A stretch of DNA of 25,186 bases, taken from a virus. Taxonomy: Duplodnaviria; Heunggongvirae; Uroviricota; Caudoviricetes. The first letter of the stretch is position 1, and each line of letters starts with the position of its first letter. Under the pieces are notes generated by a model. The model ran no database searches. It was not told the DNA's origin and was given only the letters and a program-made list of their open reading frames with translations. Of this stretch, positions 1 through 7,823 are shown piece after piece. Made by a program: the position numbers and the translations under genes. The DNA is taken from positions 96,552-121,737 of IMG/VR virus record IMGVR_UViG_3300037587_000312. One strand, given 5' to 3'.

Positions 1-231
1 TTCACCTGTTGGTAAGTATCTCACCTCTTTCATTGTCGCGCTCTCGAATTCGACGTGCTTTCTGAGACCAACGTCATAATATCGCTTGGAAATAGTGACA
101 TTTGTTAGAGGATCTGGGTATGCCTCACGAGCCTCCTTAGTAATAACCCCTATCAATGTCTCTTTGCAACCAATACCCTTACCCACACCCTTGCGACCAT
201 CGTGCATTAAATAGAACTTGAAGTTTTTCAT
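1..231 (-). CDS. Hypothetical protein, partial (runs off window start)
   Basis: ATG at 231 overlaps the cca stop (ATGA). Open for 77 codons to the edge: MKNFKFYLMHDGRKGVGKGIGCKETLIG... Not in the ORF track. Confidence 0.6.
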   Translation of the reverse strand, partial: MKNFKFYLMHDGRKGVGKGIGCKETLIGVITKEAREAYPDPLTNVTISKRYYDVGLRKHVEFESATMKEVRYLPTGE

Positions 232-1298
232 TTCAATACCTCCTCAATCCGTTTGATACGTTCTTCGCGCATCTTATCACCAATGTCCTTACCTGTAAAG
301 CCCTGATCAATAAACTGTTGAGCCTTCACTGATTTAGCTGCCTGTAGTGCGTTAGACCACCGCCAAAATAACGAGTGTGAAGTCTCGAAGTCTCTAATGA
401 TAACGTCAAGAACACTGAACAGTTCAAGCAACCTTGATGAGGATTCCTTAACCACATTAATATGAAGAAAGAACTCAAGCATAGTTTCTGGTTTAGTAGC
501 CGTGATAGCACCAATAGCAATACCAAGGTGACTAACAGCCTGCTTAAAGCGTGTAGGTGCCTTTATGGCCTCCCCAAGTGCTTCCCCAGTACCGAAGGGT
601 AGGTTCATACAGAAGATAGCCCACAGGAACTCAGGGGATACTCTCTTATTAACGGCGTTGGTTAGCTCATCCTGAATCTTATGGAAGATAGGTATGTCTA
701 TTGCGGATACCTCTGCAAGGATTCTAAGGAATCGCCAAGGTGCCTGCTCAGACAATGCCTTCTCTGTCTCTTTCCAGATACGCTCTGCTGATATTTTACG
801 TACCTGTGGGATAAGACGGTGCATAGTGTGTGCTGTTGCCCTGTCAATAGTCCACTCATCGCCTAGACGAGCAAGGAAACGAGCCACACGAAGGACACGC
901 AAAGGGTCTTCTTCAAATGCCTCAGATGTTGCACGTAGGATCTTATCCTTAATGTCCTGTTGACCACCAAACGGATCGATGACCTCACTAGTGTGCATAT
1001 CCATAGCCATAGAATTGATTGTAAGATCCCTACGCAGCAGATCCTCTTCAAGGGTGACATCCCTCACATCACACTCAAAATCAGTGTGGGAGCTTCCTGT
1101 AGAGATCTCCTTGCGTGCGAGAGCATACTCATCACCTGTTTCTGGATGAAGGAACACAGGGAAGTCCTTACCTACCTGTGTGAATCCTAGTGAGAGCATT
1201 TCCTCTACGGAAGAACCTACCACCACGAAATCCTTATCTTTAGGCTCTAGGCCAAGGAGGATGTCTCTCACGGCACCTCCCACTAGGAATGTTTTCAT
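228..1298 (-). CDS. cca: Class II tRNA nucleotidyltransferase (CCA-adding enzyme) without HD domain
   Basis: LVGGAVRD..KDKDF (DxD), VGKDFPVFLHP, LARKE plus flexible loop, EEDLLRRDLTINSMA, EDPLRVLRVARF and ERIWKE motifs. No HDxGK motif in the C-terminal half. Confidence 0.95.
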   Translation of the reverse strand: MKTFLVGGAVRDILLGLEPKDKDFVVVGSSVEEMLSLGFTQVGKDFPVFLHPETGDEYALARKEISTGSSHTDFECDVRDVTLEEDLLRRDLTINSMAMDMHTSEVIDPFGGQQDIKDKILRATSEAFEEDPLRVLRVARFLARLGDEWTIDRATAHTMHRLIPQVRKISAERIWKETEKALSEQAPWRFLRILAEVSAIDIPIFHKIQDELTNAVNKRVSPEFLWAIFCMNLPFGTGEALGEAIKAPTRFKQAVSHLGIAIGAITATKPETMLEFFLHINVVKESSSRLLELFSVLDVIIRDFETSHSLFWRWSNALQAAKSVKAQQFIDQGFTGKDIGDKMREERIKRIEEVLK

Positions 1299-1337
1299 CA
1301 GTTTTTCCCTCTAATCTTTGAACAAATTGAATCAATG

Positions 1338-1366
1338 ATCATACAGTCCCATACAACCAAAAGCAA
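1338..1366 (-). promoter_or_regulatory. Putative sigma70-like promoter for cca
   Basis: Minus strand TTGCTT-N17-TATGAT in the intergenic gap, 40 nt upstream of the cca ATG. Confidence 0.55.
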
Positions 1367-1370
1367 GAAG

Positions 1371-1398
1371 AAATAGAAAGCTATTTGCCCACTGGGCA
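1371..1398 (-). terminator. Tandem short hairpins, possible weak terminator
   Basis: TGCCC-AGT-GGGCA followed by AAATAG-CTTT-CTATTT and then a T-rich tract. Stems are only 5-6 bp. Confidence 0.3.
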
Positions 1399-1446
1399 GC
1401 TCAATAAGATTTTGTGTTAACATGTATAGGAATGCAAGTATAAACA

Positions 1447-1923
1447 TTAGCTCATTAACCTCTTACTGTTGATTAGTTGAATAAGTTCAAGTTCCCACTT
1501 AGTGTAAATATATGAAGTGTCCTCTCGCGAGAGTACACTAGGGTTGACCATCTGCGAGTATGGATTAGCCTTCAAGTACTCTTTTACCCACTTCCCATAC
1601 ATATAGATCTTCTCAGGGAGAATGATACTGACATTGGTTACAGCTCCATTCAATGCCTCCTCTGATTCAGTGAAGAATTCCCAAGGGTAAGGATTTTCCT
1701 CTTCCGATAATAGATTGGTTATCTCAATCAGTTGTGCTTGCATACCACCATTCAGGAGAATTGTTGTCTTGTGGTTCTCCACCCATTCGTAGAGTATTGC
1801 TGCATCAGCCTCCATCACCTCATCCCAAGGGTAACTATTAAATAGTTCTGCTGTACAATGCTGACACTGGATACCTGCTTGGATACCCAATAGATACATA
1901 TTACCGAAACTATATAATCTCAT
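1447..1923 (-). CDS. Peptidyl-tRNA hydrolase 2 (PTH2)-like protein
   Basis: GIQAGIQCQH resembles the PTH2 GKxAAQxxH motif. EWVENHKTTILLNGG and ESEEALNGAVTNVSIILP match the downstream PTH2-like pattern. Confidence 0.6.
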   Translation of the reverse strand: MRLYSFGNMYLLGIQAGIQCQHCTAELFNSYPWDEVMEADAAILYEWVENHKTTILLNGGMQAQLIEITNLLSEEENPYPWEFFTESEEALNGAVTNVSIILPEKIYMYGKWVKEYLKANPYSQMVNPSVLSREDTSYIYTKWELELIQLINSKRLMS

Positions 1924-2267
1924 TTGTAACTCCTTATGACTCTTTTCTCAATTATTTGCATATGTATGTCACAATGACAATCCAACATTTGCCACCCTAA
2001 ATCTTTATCACATTGTCCACAGTAGAAAGGTATCCCCCAGTTATCACAGCAACCCCAACCTTGTTGGAATTCTGGTACTCTACAGGAAACAATGTTTTCA
2101 GGGTTTACAGCGAAGATTCTATCATCTGCCCAAGTTTTGAACCGGAGGAAACTTCCTTTGGTGACAAAGTGTTGTCCGTCATGGTAACCATCACGATCAA
2201 AACCCCATTTCTTTGTGGGATAAAGCCCAGTAGTGATAGTATTACCACAGGTGCATTTAAGTTTCAT
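1920..2267 (-). CDS. Cys-rich putative Zn-binding protein
   Basis: N-terminal CTCG and C-terminal GCCD..CGQC..LGW..DCHCD. Coupled by overlaps on both sides. Confidence 0.55.
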   Translation of the reverse strand: MKLKCTCGNTITTGLYPTKKWGFDRDGYHDGQHFVTKGSFLRFKTWADDRIFAVNPENIVSCRVPEFQQGWGCCDNWGIPFYCGQCDKDLGWQMLDCHCDIHMQIIEKRVIRSYK

Positions 2268-2745
2268 CTTTATTTGCCCTCGTTAATTGAAAATTTGAGT
2301 ACTTCTTGATCCCCGTTAACTCTCGGTCTATCCATTTAGGTAGTTCCACAGAAAGAACCTTCTCACGATCCTCGTGTTCAAACTCTGCGGTGATCAATCC
2401 AGTCAGAGCCTCAGTATACACATCAACATCCCAAATGTCACCTGAATTATTAACTTTAAACCGTACCTTCTGAAGTTTGTGCTCACATCGTTCAAGAAGT
2501 TCTATTGCATCTTGATGAGGTATCTCATATTCATACTCATCTACTTCAAAATCTTCGTAATCTTCCTTTGTACATTTGACAGTGAGGAAACCTTTACCGC
2601 TATATGTACGTACACGCACCATAGCTCCCTCAGAGGAGGCTAGATACCCTTGGTTGATCAGATAACTCTGGGATGCACGGAATATCTTATTTAGACCCAG
2701 TTGTGGTAGGATTACCAGAAATTTACGCTCTAATTCCTTAGCCAT
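2257..2745 (-). CDS. CYTH (triphosphate tunnel metalloenzyme) family protein
   Basis: ELERKFLV (ExExK), QGYL, VRVR, FLTVK, EYEYEIP, KVRF, WDVDVY, TAEFE, KYSNFQL. Confidence 0.9.
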   Translation of the reverse strand: MAKELERKFLVILPQLGLNKIFRASQSYLINQGYLASSEGAMVRVRTYSGKGFLTVKCTKEDYEDFEVDEYEYEIPHQDAIELLERCEHKLQKVRFKVNNSGDIWDVDVYTEALTGLITAEFEHEDREKVLSVELPKWIDRELTGIKKYSNFQLTRANKDET

Positions 2746-3012
2746 TTAATCCTCCCTATACATTCTTGTGTTGAATTCATAATTGGATTGTTGTTTTAGT
2801 GTCAAGGGAAAATTATCCTCTCGGAAATCACAATCTTTCAATGCGAATTCCTTAATTATCTCATCTTCCATGCACCAAGCAACCAAAAGCCACTGCATTT
2901 CGGTGTGATACCGGGTAACACCCCACCGGAGAGAGATAGGTTTGATCTCCCGCTCCCGTGTATTACCTTTCCAGTTGGTATATTGTACCTTTAAAACTTC
3001 ATTCGTCATCAT
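2746..3012 (-). CDS. Stand-alone WYL-like domain protein
   Basis: YTNWKGNTREREIKP..QWLLVAWC..KEFAL follows the WYL pattern (Y..kG....R.v.P ... WYL.a.c ... R.F.l). No HTH domain. Confidence 0.7.
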   Translation of the reverse strand: MMTNEVLKVQYTNWKGNTREREIKPISLRWGVTRYHTEMQWLLVAWCMEDEIIKEFALKDCDFREDNFPLTLKQQSNYEFNTRMYRED

Positions 3013-3196
3013 AATGCTCCACCCAACATTTTTCTACCCCCTCTATTGTCTTTTCTAATGATGCTGCATATCTACTAACCCTTTGAAAGATACGTCTGTC
3101 CTCAAAACCATGTTCACTAGTAGGGTTATTATTAGCTAAGGGTTTAATCTCCCCGTAATCCCCATCTTCATGCTCAAAACAAAGTTTATACGGCAT
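2999..3196 (-). CDS. Hypothetical protein
   Basis: 65 aa ORF coupled to both neighbours. Confidence 0.6.
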   Translation of the reverse strand: MPYKLCFEHEDGDYGEIKPLANNNPTSEHGFEDRRIFQRVSRYAASLEKTIEGVEKCWVEHYDDE

Positions 3197-3300
3197 CAGA
3201 AGGTTACCCTAAGCTCATAATAACCCCCGTGGTCAATAACCCGTGTAAAACTGATACACGTATTCATCGCTTTTAAAATCCATTCAGGTGTATCTTTCAT
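3196..3300 (-). CDS. Small hypothetical protein (34 aa, MKDTPEWILK...)
   Basis: Start revised from the track to the ATG at 3300, which has a GGAGG RBS at 3307-3311 and abuts the upstream stop. Confidence 0.5.
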   Translation of the reverse strand: MKDTPEWILKAMNTCISFTRVIDHGGYYELRVTF

Positions 3301-3301
3301 A

Positions 3302-3523
3302 TTAGACCTCCCTAACCACGTAAGTAAAGATAATATCCTGATGGTAGGAAAGACCTTCGTGAGTCCACTCCTCATTACCATCATCGTCGTGTCTTACGTA
3401 ACGTTCCAAGTAACCCTCTACCCACTTATAGGTCTCAGACCAGAGCCTTCCACGATACTCCCAGTAAGCAATAAATTGTCCTTCAGTTGGACGGGTCTTT
3501 GTTACTCTCATATTATTCTCCAT
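3302..3523 (-). CDS. Hypothetical protein
   Basis: 73 aa ORF overlapping the radical SAM stop. Confidence 0.6.
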   Translation of the reverse strand: MENNMRVTKTRPTEGQFIAYWEYRGRLWSETYKWVEGYLERYVRHDDDGNEEWTHEGLSYHQDIIFTYVVREV

Positions 3524-4502
3524 AGATAGTCTTCACAGCTTTGTTGTTATAATCACGACAAACATCTAAGCAGTTACCTTTGCAGATAGGGTCACAGTGT
3601 GTGTCATGAGTCTTATCCCAAGCAATACGTTCTTCCCGCATGTTTGGACCAACCTCACCAATGGGTGTTCCTTGCTCTCGCATATAGATTACACAAGGGT
3701 AATGCTCTTGTCCAGCGATCACAGAATCATCATAGACCAGAGGACATTTGGTTGTGTCACCTTCATCCAACCCACGGACAGTTTTACCTTCCATGAAATT
3801 CTGGATACGGTACGCTAGAATCGGATGCTGAGCCAAAAGATCCTTATCAACTGCACTCAGTTCTGGAAGAGCCTGATTCCATTGTGCAGAAGGAATAACT
3901 CGGATATCACTTACACCTAGTCCGTTAGCGAATTCAACAATCTTCATGAATCCTTCAATATTCTCAGGAGTGAATACAACACCAACAGTAACATAAGTCA
4001 ATTGGGAGATGATACGGATATTCCGCACAACTTTATCCCAAGCACCCATGATATTACCAGCCATCATATCGCCCGTGGCCGCATCAGCTGCATCCAGTGA
4101 GATAGAGAAGTCATTACAGCCAGCCTCAACTAGTCGCTCATATAATTCTGTCTTGTTGGAACCATTTGTGGAGATAGCAATACGCTCGATACCTTTTGAC
4201 TTGGCATAGGCGACAATCTCAACAATATTCTTATGGTAAGTTGGCTCTCCACCAGAGAATCGGATATTTTTCAGAGGTTGACCCTCACACCAGTAATCAA
4301 TATTGCGCTTGATCTCTTCCAAGGTCAATTCCTTACGCTTACGATCACCGAATACACGGTCGGTAAGTCCACGGCAATACTCACACTTGAAATTGCAGTA
4401 GTCGTTGATGATCATCTCACAACGCTTCATCTGAGAGTCCATAGATACGTTCTCAGCCCGAGAATCTGTCAATGTGTAAAATCCGATATCTTCCAGTTTC
4501 AT
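3513..4502 (-). CDS. Radical SAM enzyme with Cys-rich C-terminal (Twitch/SPASM-like) domain
   Basis: CNFKCEYC (CxxxCxxC), FSGGEP, ISTNGS, SISLD, plus six further Cys in the C-terminal 80 aa. AGGAG RBS. Confidence 0.9.
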   Translation of the reverse strand: MKLEDIGFYTLTDSRAENVSMDSQMKRCEMIINDYCNFKCEYCRGLTDRVFGDRKRKELTLEEIKRNIDYWCEGQPLKNIRFSGGEPTYHKNIVEIVAYAKSKGIERIAISTNGSNKTELYERLVEAGCNDFSISLDAADAATGDMMAGNIMGAWDKVVRNIRIISQLTYVTVGVVFTPENIEGFMKIVEFANGLGVSDIRVIPSAQWNQALPELSAVDKDLLAQHPILAYRIQNFMEGKTVRGLDEGDTTKCPLVYDDSVIAGQEHYPCVIYMREQGTPIGEVGPNMREERIAWDKTHDTHCDPICKGNCLDVCRDYNNKAVKTIYGE

Positions 4503-4515
4503 TTTATTTCTCCTC

Positions 4516-5271
4516 TTAATTTGGATAGGGTATAACTACCCAATTCATAAGTGTATTGTAGACTTCGATAGAGATCTCTCCCTTATTATAACAATCTTTG
4601 GCAACAGTCTTGATATATTTTTCTTTAACCTTTTTATAGGCAGCGAATGCCTGTTCGGGAGAGCTATATGTACCTATGTAGTTTTGGCCCCCACCTTCCC
4701 CTACTTTCGCCTTAAACTTGTTCCTAGACTCAGACACACCTACAGGGTATTTACCCCTAGCCTTATTCCTGCTGGAAAGAAGTGCGTTAATCCGATGGGG
4801 TATGAATTCGCAGGTCGCTTCAGAATACACCATTGAACCCGGCTGGCGCAAATCCTTATCAACGTGAAAACCCTCGATATAATTATCCTCGTACCACCTA
4901 GCATATATCTGAAAATTGTACCATTCCTCACAAACCGTAACACCTCTGCCACCGTAGCGGTGATAGCGGTCATCAGTAATATCGTAACATCTTTCTAGCA
5001 TTCTTTTCCAAACAGCATACGCAGGTTTTTTCTTACAATCAATACTACTGGTGTAAATACCCTCCCCAAAATACCCCACTCCCTGTATGGAGGGTACATA
5101 AGGGTCTTTCACCCCACCTTTACGGAGGCTTCCTGCACCTGTCACGGTTACATACCCTGTATTGGTGAATTCAACGACCACTTTGTAACTATCTATATAC
5201 TCAAGAACCCTACAATCACCATAATTATTAGTTTCAAAAACATCTCCAATCTTAATCCGTAATTTAACCAT
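4516..5271 (-). mobile_element. Free-standing HNH-type homing endonuclease with C-terminal AP2-like domain
   Basis: W..MLERCY..YHRYGGRGVTVCEEW..F, VDKD..YS..TCEFIP..IN, and C-terminal GVS..KFKAKV..YIGTYSSPEQAFAAY. Confidence 0.8.
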
Positions 5272-5291
5272 ACCTCACTGCTCCTGCCGTA

Positions 5292-5486
5292 CTAATACAT
5301 CAAAAACCATCCTACGAAATAACTGATTTGCTTATCTTCATTCATGATACTGAGTTTCGGATCTTCTGTCAACCGTTTATACGCCTTTTTCATATTCGGG
5401 CGTGTAACTTTCTTCAAACCCCGTTGATCCCTGCGGTTGGTTGTCTTCTGGTGAATGAGATCAGAGAAATATTCAAATTCCATCAT
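5292..5486 (-). CDS. Hypothetical protein (64 aa)
   Basis: Start revised to the ATG at 5486, which overlaps the MazG-like stop (ATGA). Confidence 0.6.
   Translation of the reverse strand: MMEFEYFSDLIHQKTTNRRDQRGLKKVTRPNMKKAYKRLTEDPKLSIMNEDKQISYFVGWFLMY
5344..5372 (-). promoter_or_regulatory. Near-consensus sigma70 promoter inside a CDS
   Basis: TTGACA (5372-5367)-N17-TATCAT (5349-5344), 73 nt upstream of the HNH-AP2 start. Confidence 0.6.
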
Positions 5487-5767
5487 GTGTTCTTTCCTTC
5501 GTACCAAAATTCAAGTTTTTTAAGCTTCCTTTTCTTAGCTTCATATAGCTTATGACTACAAAGTATTCCTTGGTCTACAAGAATATCAACTATTGCAAGA
5601 AAATCCCCCACCTCTTGCTCGAGTTCAGAGCGGTTGGTGTGTTCCCTTCCTTTATCTGGGTGATATGATCCAATCCCAAACCGTTGTATCTTACAACAGA
5701 TCTGAGCTACTTCGCAAGCCTCCTCTGTGAGGAGGGTTATGTTAGTGTTTAGATTATTAAATTTCAT
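5483..5767 (-). CDS. MazG-like NTP pyrophosphohydrolase
   Basis: LLTEEACEVAQICCK (EExxE) and ELEQEVGDFLAIVDIL (ExxD). Single all-alpha domain. Confidence 0.8.
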   Translation of the reverse strand: MKFNNLNTNITLLTEEACEVAQICCKIQRFGIGSYHPDKGREHTNRSELEQEVGDFLAIVDILVDQGILCSHKLYEAKKRKLKKLEFWYEGKNT

Positions 5768-5990
5768 CCCCTAGTTCCTTCTGCATACGGGCTAGACAGT
5801 CATTGTGAATTATCATCTTTTTACCGCTCTGCAATCTCAGTGCTGTAGTAAAACTATCATCTAGTTCAAAACCACAGTGATCACAACGGGTTTGTGATAT
5901 TACCCAAGTTTCTACTATAGTTTTATCTGTAATAGGCTCAGAGAGTATCTCAAACTCTTGCTTTACGACACGTTTAAAATAAGCTTTCAT
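5757..5990 (-). CDS. Hypothetical protein, possible Zn ligands
   Basis: CDHC..HNDC. Coupled by overlaps. Confidence 0.6.
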   Translation of the reverse strand: MKAYFKRVVKQEFEILSEPITDKTIVETWVISQTRCDHCGFELDDSFTTALRLQSGKKMIIHNDCLARMQKELGDEI

Positions 5991-6190
5991 CGTTCAAACA
6001 CCATACTAAGAGATGTTTTGCCCATAGACAAAATACTATAAATCTCCCTATTAAGTGGATATCTCTTGAACTCTCTTTCGAGATGTTCTTGACATTCCTC
6101 CATACTCATTAGAGTAGTATCCTGAACCCAGACCTCCTCCTCTTTTCGGATTACCATTCCGACTTCAATCTCAAAATTAAGCTCCATCAT
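5987..6190 (-). CDS. Hypothetical protein
   Basis: 67 aa ORF with ATGA overlaps on both sides. Confidence 0.6.
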   Translation of the reverse strand: MMELNFEIEVGMVIRKEEEVWVQDTTLMSMEECQEHLEREFKRYPLNREIYSILSMGKTSLSMVFER

Positions 6191-7017
6191 TCAATCTCCG
6201 TAAACATACCACATGATGCTGATTCCTTTTTCCCCTTACTAACCTGCCACTTAATGCCAACACCACCTCGCTGGAATAACTTATAAAGTGTATTCAACTG
6301 AGGGATAGAAGGTCTTTCGTAAACACTTTCAGGGTGTGGATTAAACTCAAGCATCCTGATTGAACAGCCTGTTTCCTTTGCAACTCTTAAGACAGATAGT
6401 GCATCTGTTAGAGAGTCATTCAACCCTTTGATGGGGGTATAATGAATAAACTTATCCCCTTCCCAACAGTTCATCGCAAAAATCTGATTCTCTATATCAC
6501 CGCCACGGGGGATTATAAGATCTCTCTGGAACGGGTTGCCACTGTGGAGAGAATAGAAGATCCGTACAGGTGCATCCTTAATCCGGCGGTTGATTGACCC
6601 AAGTTTACCCTCATCAGGAACAATAGTAGAGATATCTACTTCAATAACCATTAGGTAAGCCGTAATCATGTTCGTTGCTAGGATTGTTTGGGCTGTATCA
6701 ATTAACGGGTCACCCATGCCCATCCAGCACAGCTTGAACCGATCTTTACGAGACACGAATGTACATTCATCAATAGCTTCGTCTACATTAGCCGCTATAT
6801 CTCGAGCACTCAGCTTCTTGAAAGGCATTTCCATTTCAGTCAAGTGGCAGAATACACATTTCTTAGGACAACCCACAGAACTTGAGATGAAGATACTGGT
6901 TACAGTTTCATCCCGCTCACAGTAGTTACCCTGCTCATCGCGGAAAGCTGAGCGTACTTGTTTGATTACAGTTTCAGACCCATCATCATGAATCTTCTTG
7001 AATATTTTGTCGCTCAT
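6187..7017 (-). CDS. RlmN/Cfr-like (class A) radical SAM protein, truncated and atypical
   Basis: ISSSVGCPKKCVFC, WMGMGDPL, YSLHS, Y..IKGLNDS..DA, FNP and C-terminal SASCGM align with RlmN VSSQVGCxxxCxFC, MGMGEP, ISLH, YVML..VND, WNP and AACGQL. Confidence 0.85.
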   Translation of the reverse strand: MSDKIFKKIHDDGSETVIKQVRSAFRDEQGNYCERDETVTSIFISSSVGCPKKCVFCHLTEMEMPFKKLSARDIAANVDEAIDECTFVSRKDRFKLCWMGMGDPLIDTAQTILATNMITAYLMVIEVDISTIVPDEGKLGSINRRIKDAPVRIFYSLHSGNPFQRDLIIPRGGDIENQIFAMNCWEGDKFIHYTPIKGLNDSLTDALSVLRVAKETGCSIRMLEFNPHPESVYERPSIPQLNTLYKLFQRGGVGIKWQVSKGKKESASCGMFTEIE

Positions 7018-7192
7018 ATTCTTCCCCCAGTGATTTGAAATAATTATCAGTACACTCAGTTAACCACCCGTCATTTGCCTTCCAAGTACTCGCGTAAAAT
7101 TCCCTTACTATATCCTCTAAAGAGGGTTCAGGGCCATATTTTTCTTCAGTTACCTGAGGCTCAATTTTCTTCAATCTATTAAGATCCACCAT
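6986..7192 (-). CDS. Hypothetical protein (68 aa)
   Basis: Start revised to the ATG at 7192, within the HNH 3' end. Confidence 0.55.
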   Translation of the reverse strand: MVDLNRLKKIEPQVTEEKYGPEPSLEDIVREFYASTWKANDGWLTECTDNYFKSLGEEYERQNIQEDS

Positions 7193-7823
7193 AAAATTTC
7201 TCCCATTCATATAAATTCTTAAATTTGCTGTAGTATTTCTCCCCGTCTAGGAGCAAATGCCATTTTGTCCAATCTTGTTGGATATTAACACAGGTTTGTT
7301 TGGCTTGCAACACCTCTGCTCTCTGAATAAGCTCTTTGTGGTACTGGTGATTCGGGAACATCTCACAGTAGAGGTAAGCTGTCCCAAAGAAAGGGTCCAG
7401 TTTAGCCTCTTTAAGGATTCGCATACCTCGCTCAACGATAATCTTAGCGTTAGCTCGGCTCACACCCTGTTTGGTTCCCATAAGAGCCTTAAGCCTCCCT
7501 GAATGGATGAAGCTATGACAAGCATGGCAGAGAGGTACTATCTCCTTGATCCTCATGGACCCTTCTTCATAATCTATGGAATAGTCCTCATGAGCCTCTA
7601 GGTGTTGCTTAAAGAGTGCATCATTTTTATGTGTTCCACAAGCCATACAACGGAAATTATTATCTTCATAAGCTTTCTTGCGAGTCTTGTCCCACCAATA
7701 TTTACCCTTAACTTCTCGGGGAGCTAACCCATGTAGAGGTTTAGGTAAATTTGGATGGGTCAACAGTTCCGGCCTAACAATTTTTGGTGGAAGAACTTGA
7801 ATTTTAGGTTTACTTGGTTTCAT
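7179..7823 (-). CDS. HNH endonuclease family protein
   Basis: RCMACG..LEAHE..VPLCHACHSFIH (Zn-coordinated HNH core). Confidence 0.75.
   Translation of the reverse strand: MKPSKPKIQVLPPKIVRPELLTHPNLPKPLHGLAPREVKGKYWWDKTRKKAYEDNNFRCMACGTHKNDALFKQHLEAHEDYSIDYEEGSMRIKEIVPLCHACHSFIHSGRLKALMGTKQGVSRANAKIIVERGMRILKEAKLDPFFGTAYLYCEMFPNHQYHKELIQRAEVLQAKQTCVNIQQDWTKWHLLLDGEKYYSKFKNLYEWEKFYGGS

Noticed and set aside
3513-4502. Viperin-like or QueE call for the radical SAM enzyme
   Set aside because: It lacks the viperin-type N-x-H before the Cys motif and the K-x-N-x-V strand; no queCD/folE genes are present; and the Cys-rich tail fits neither.
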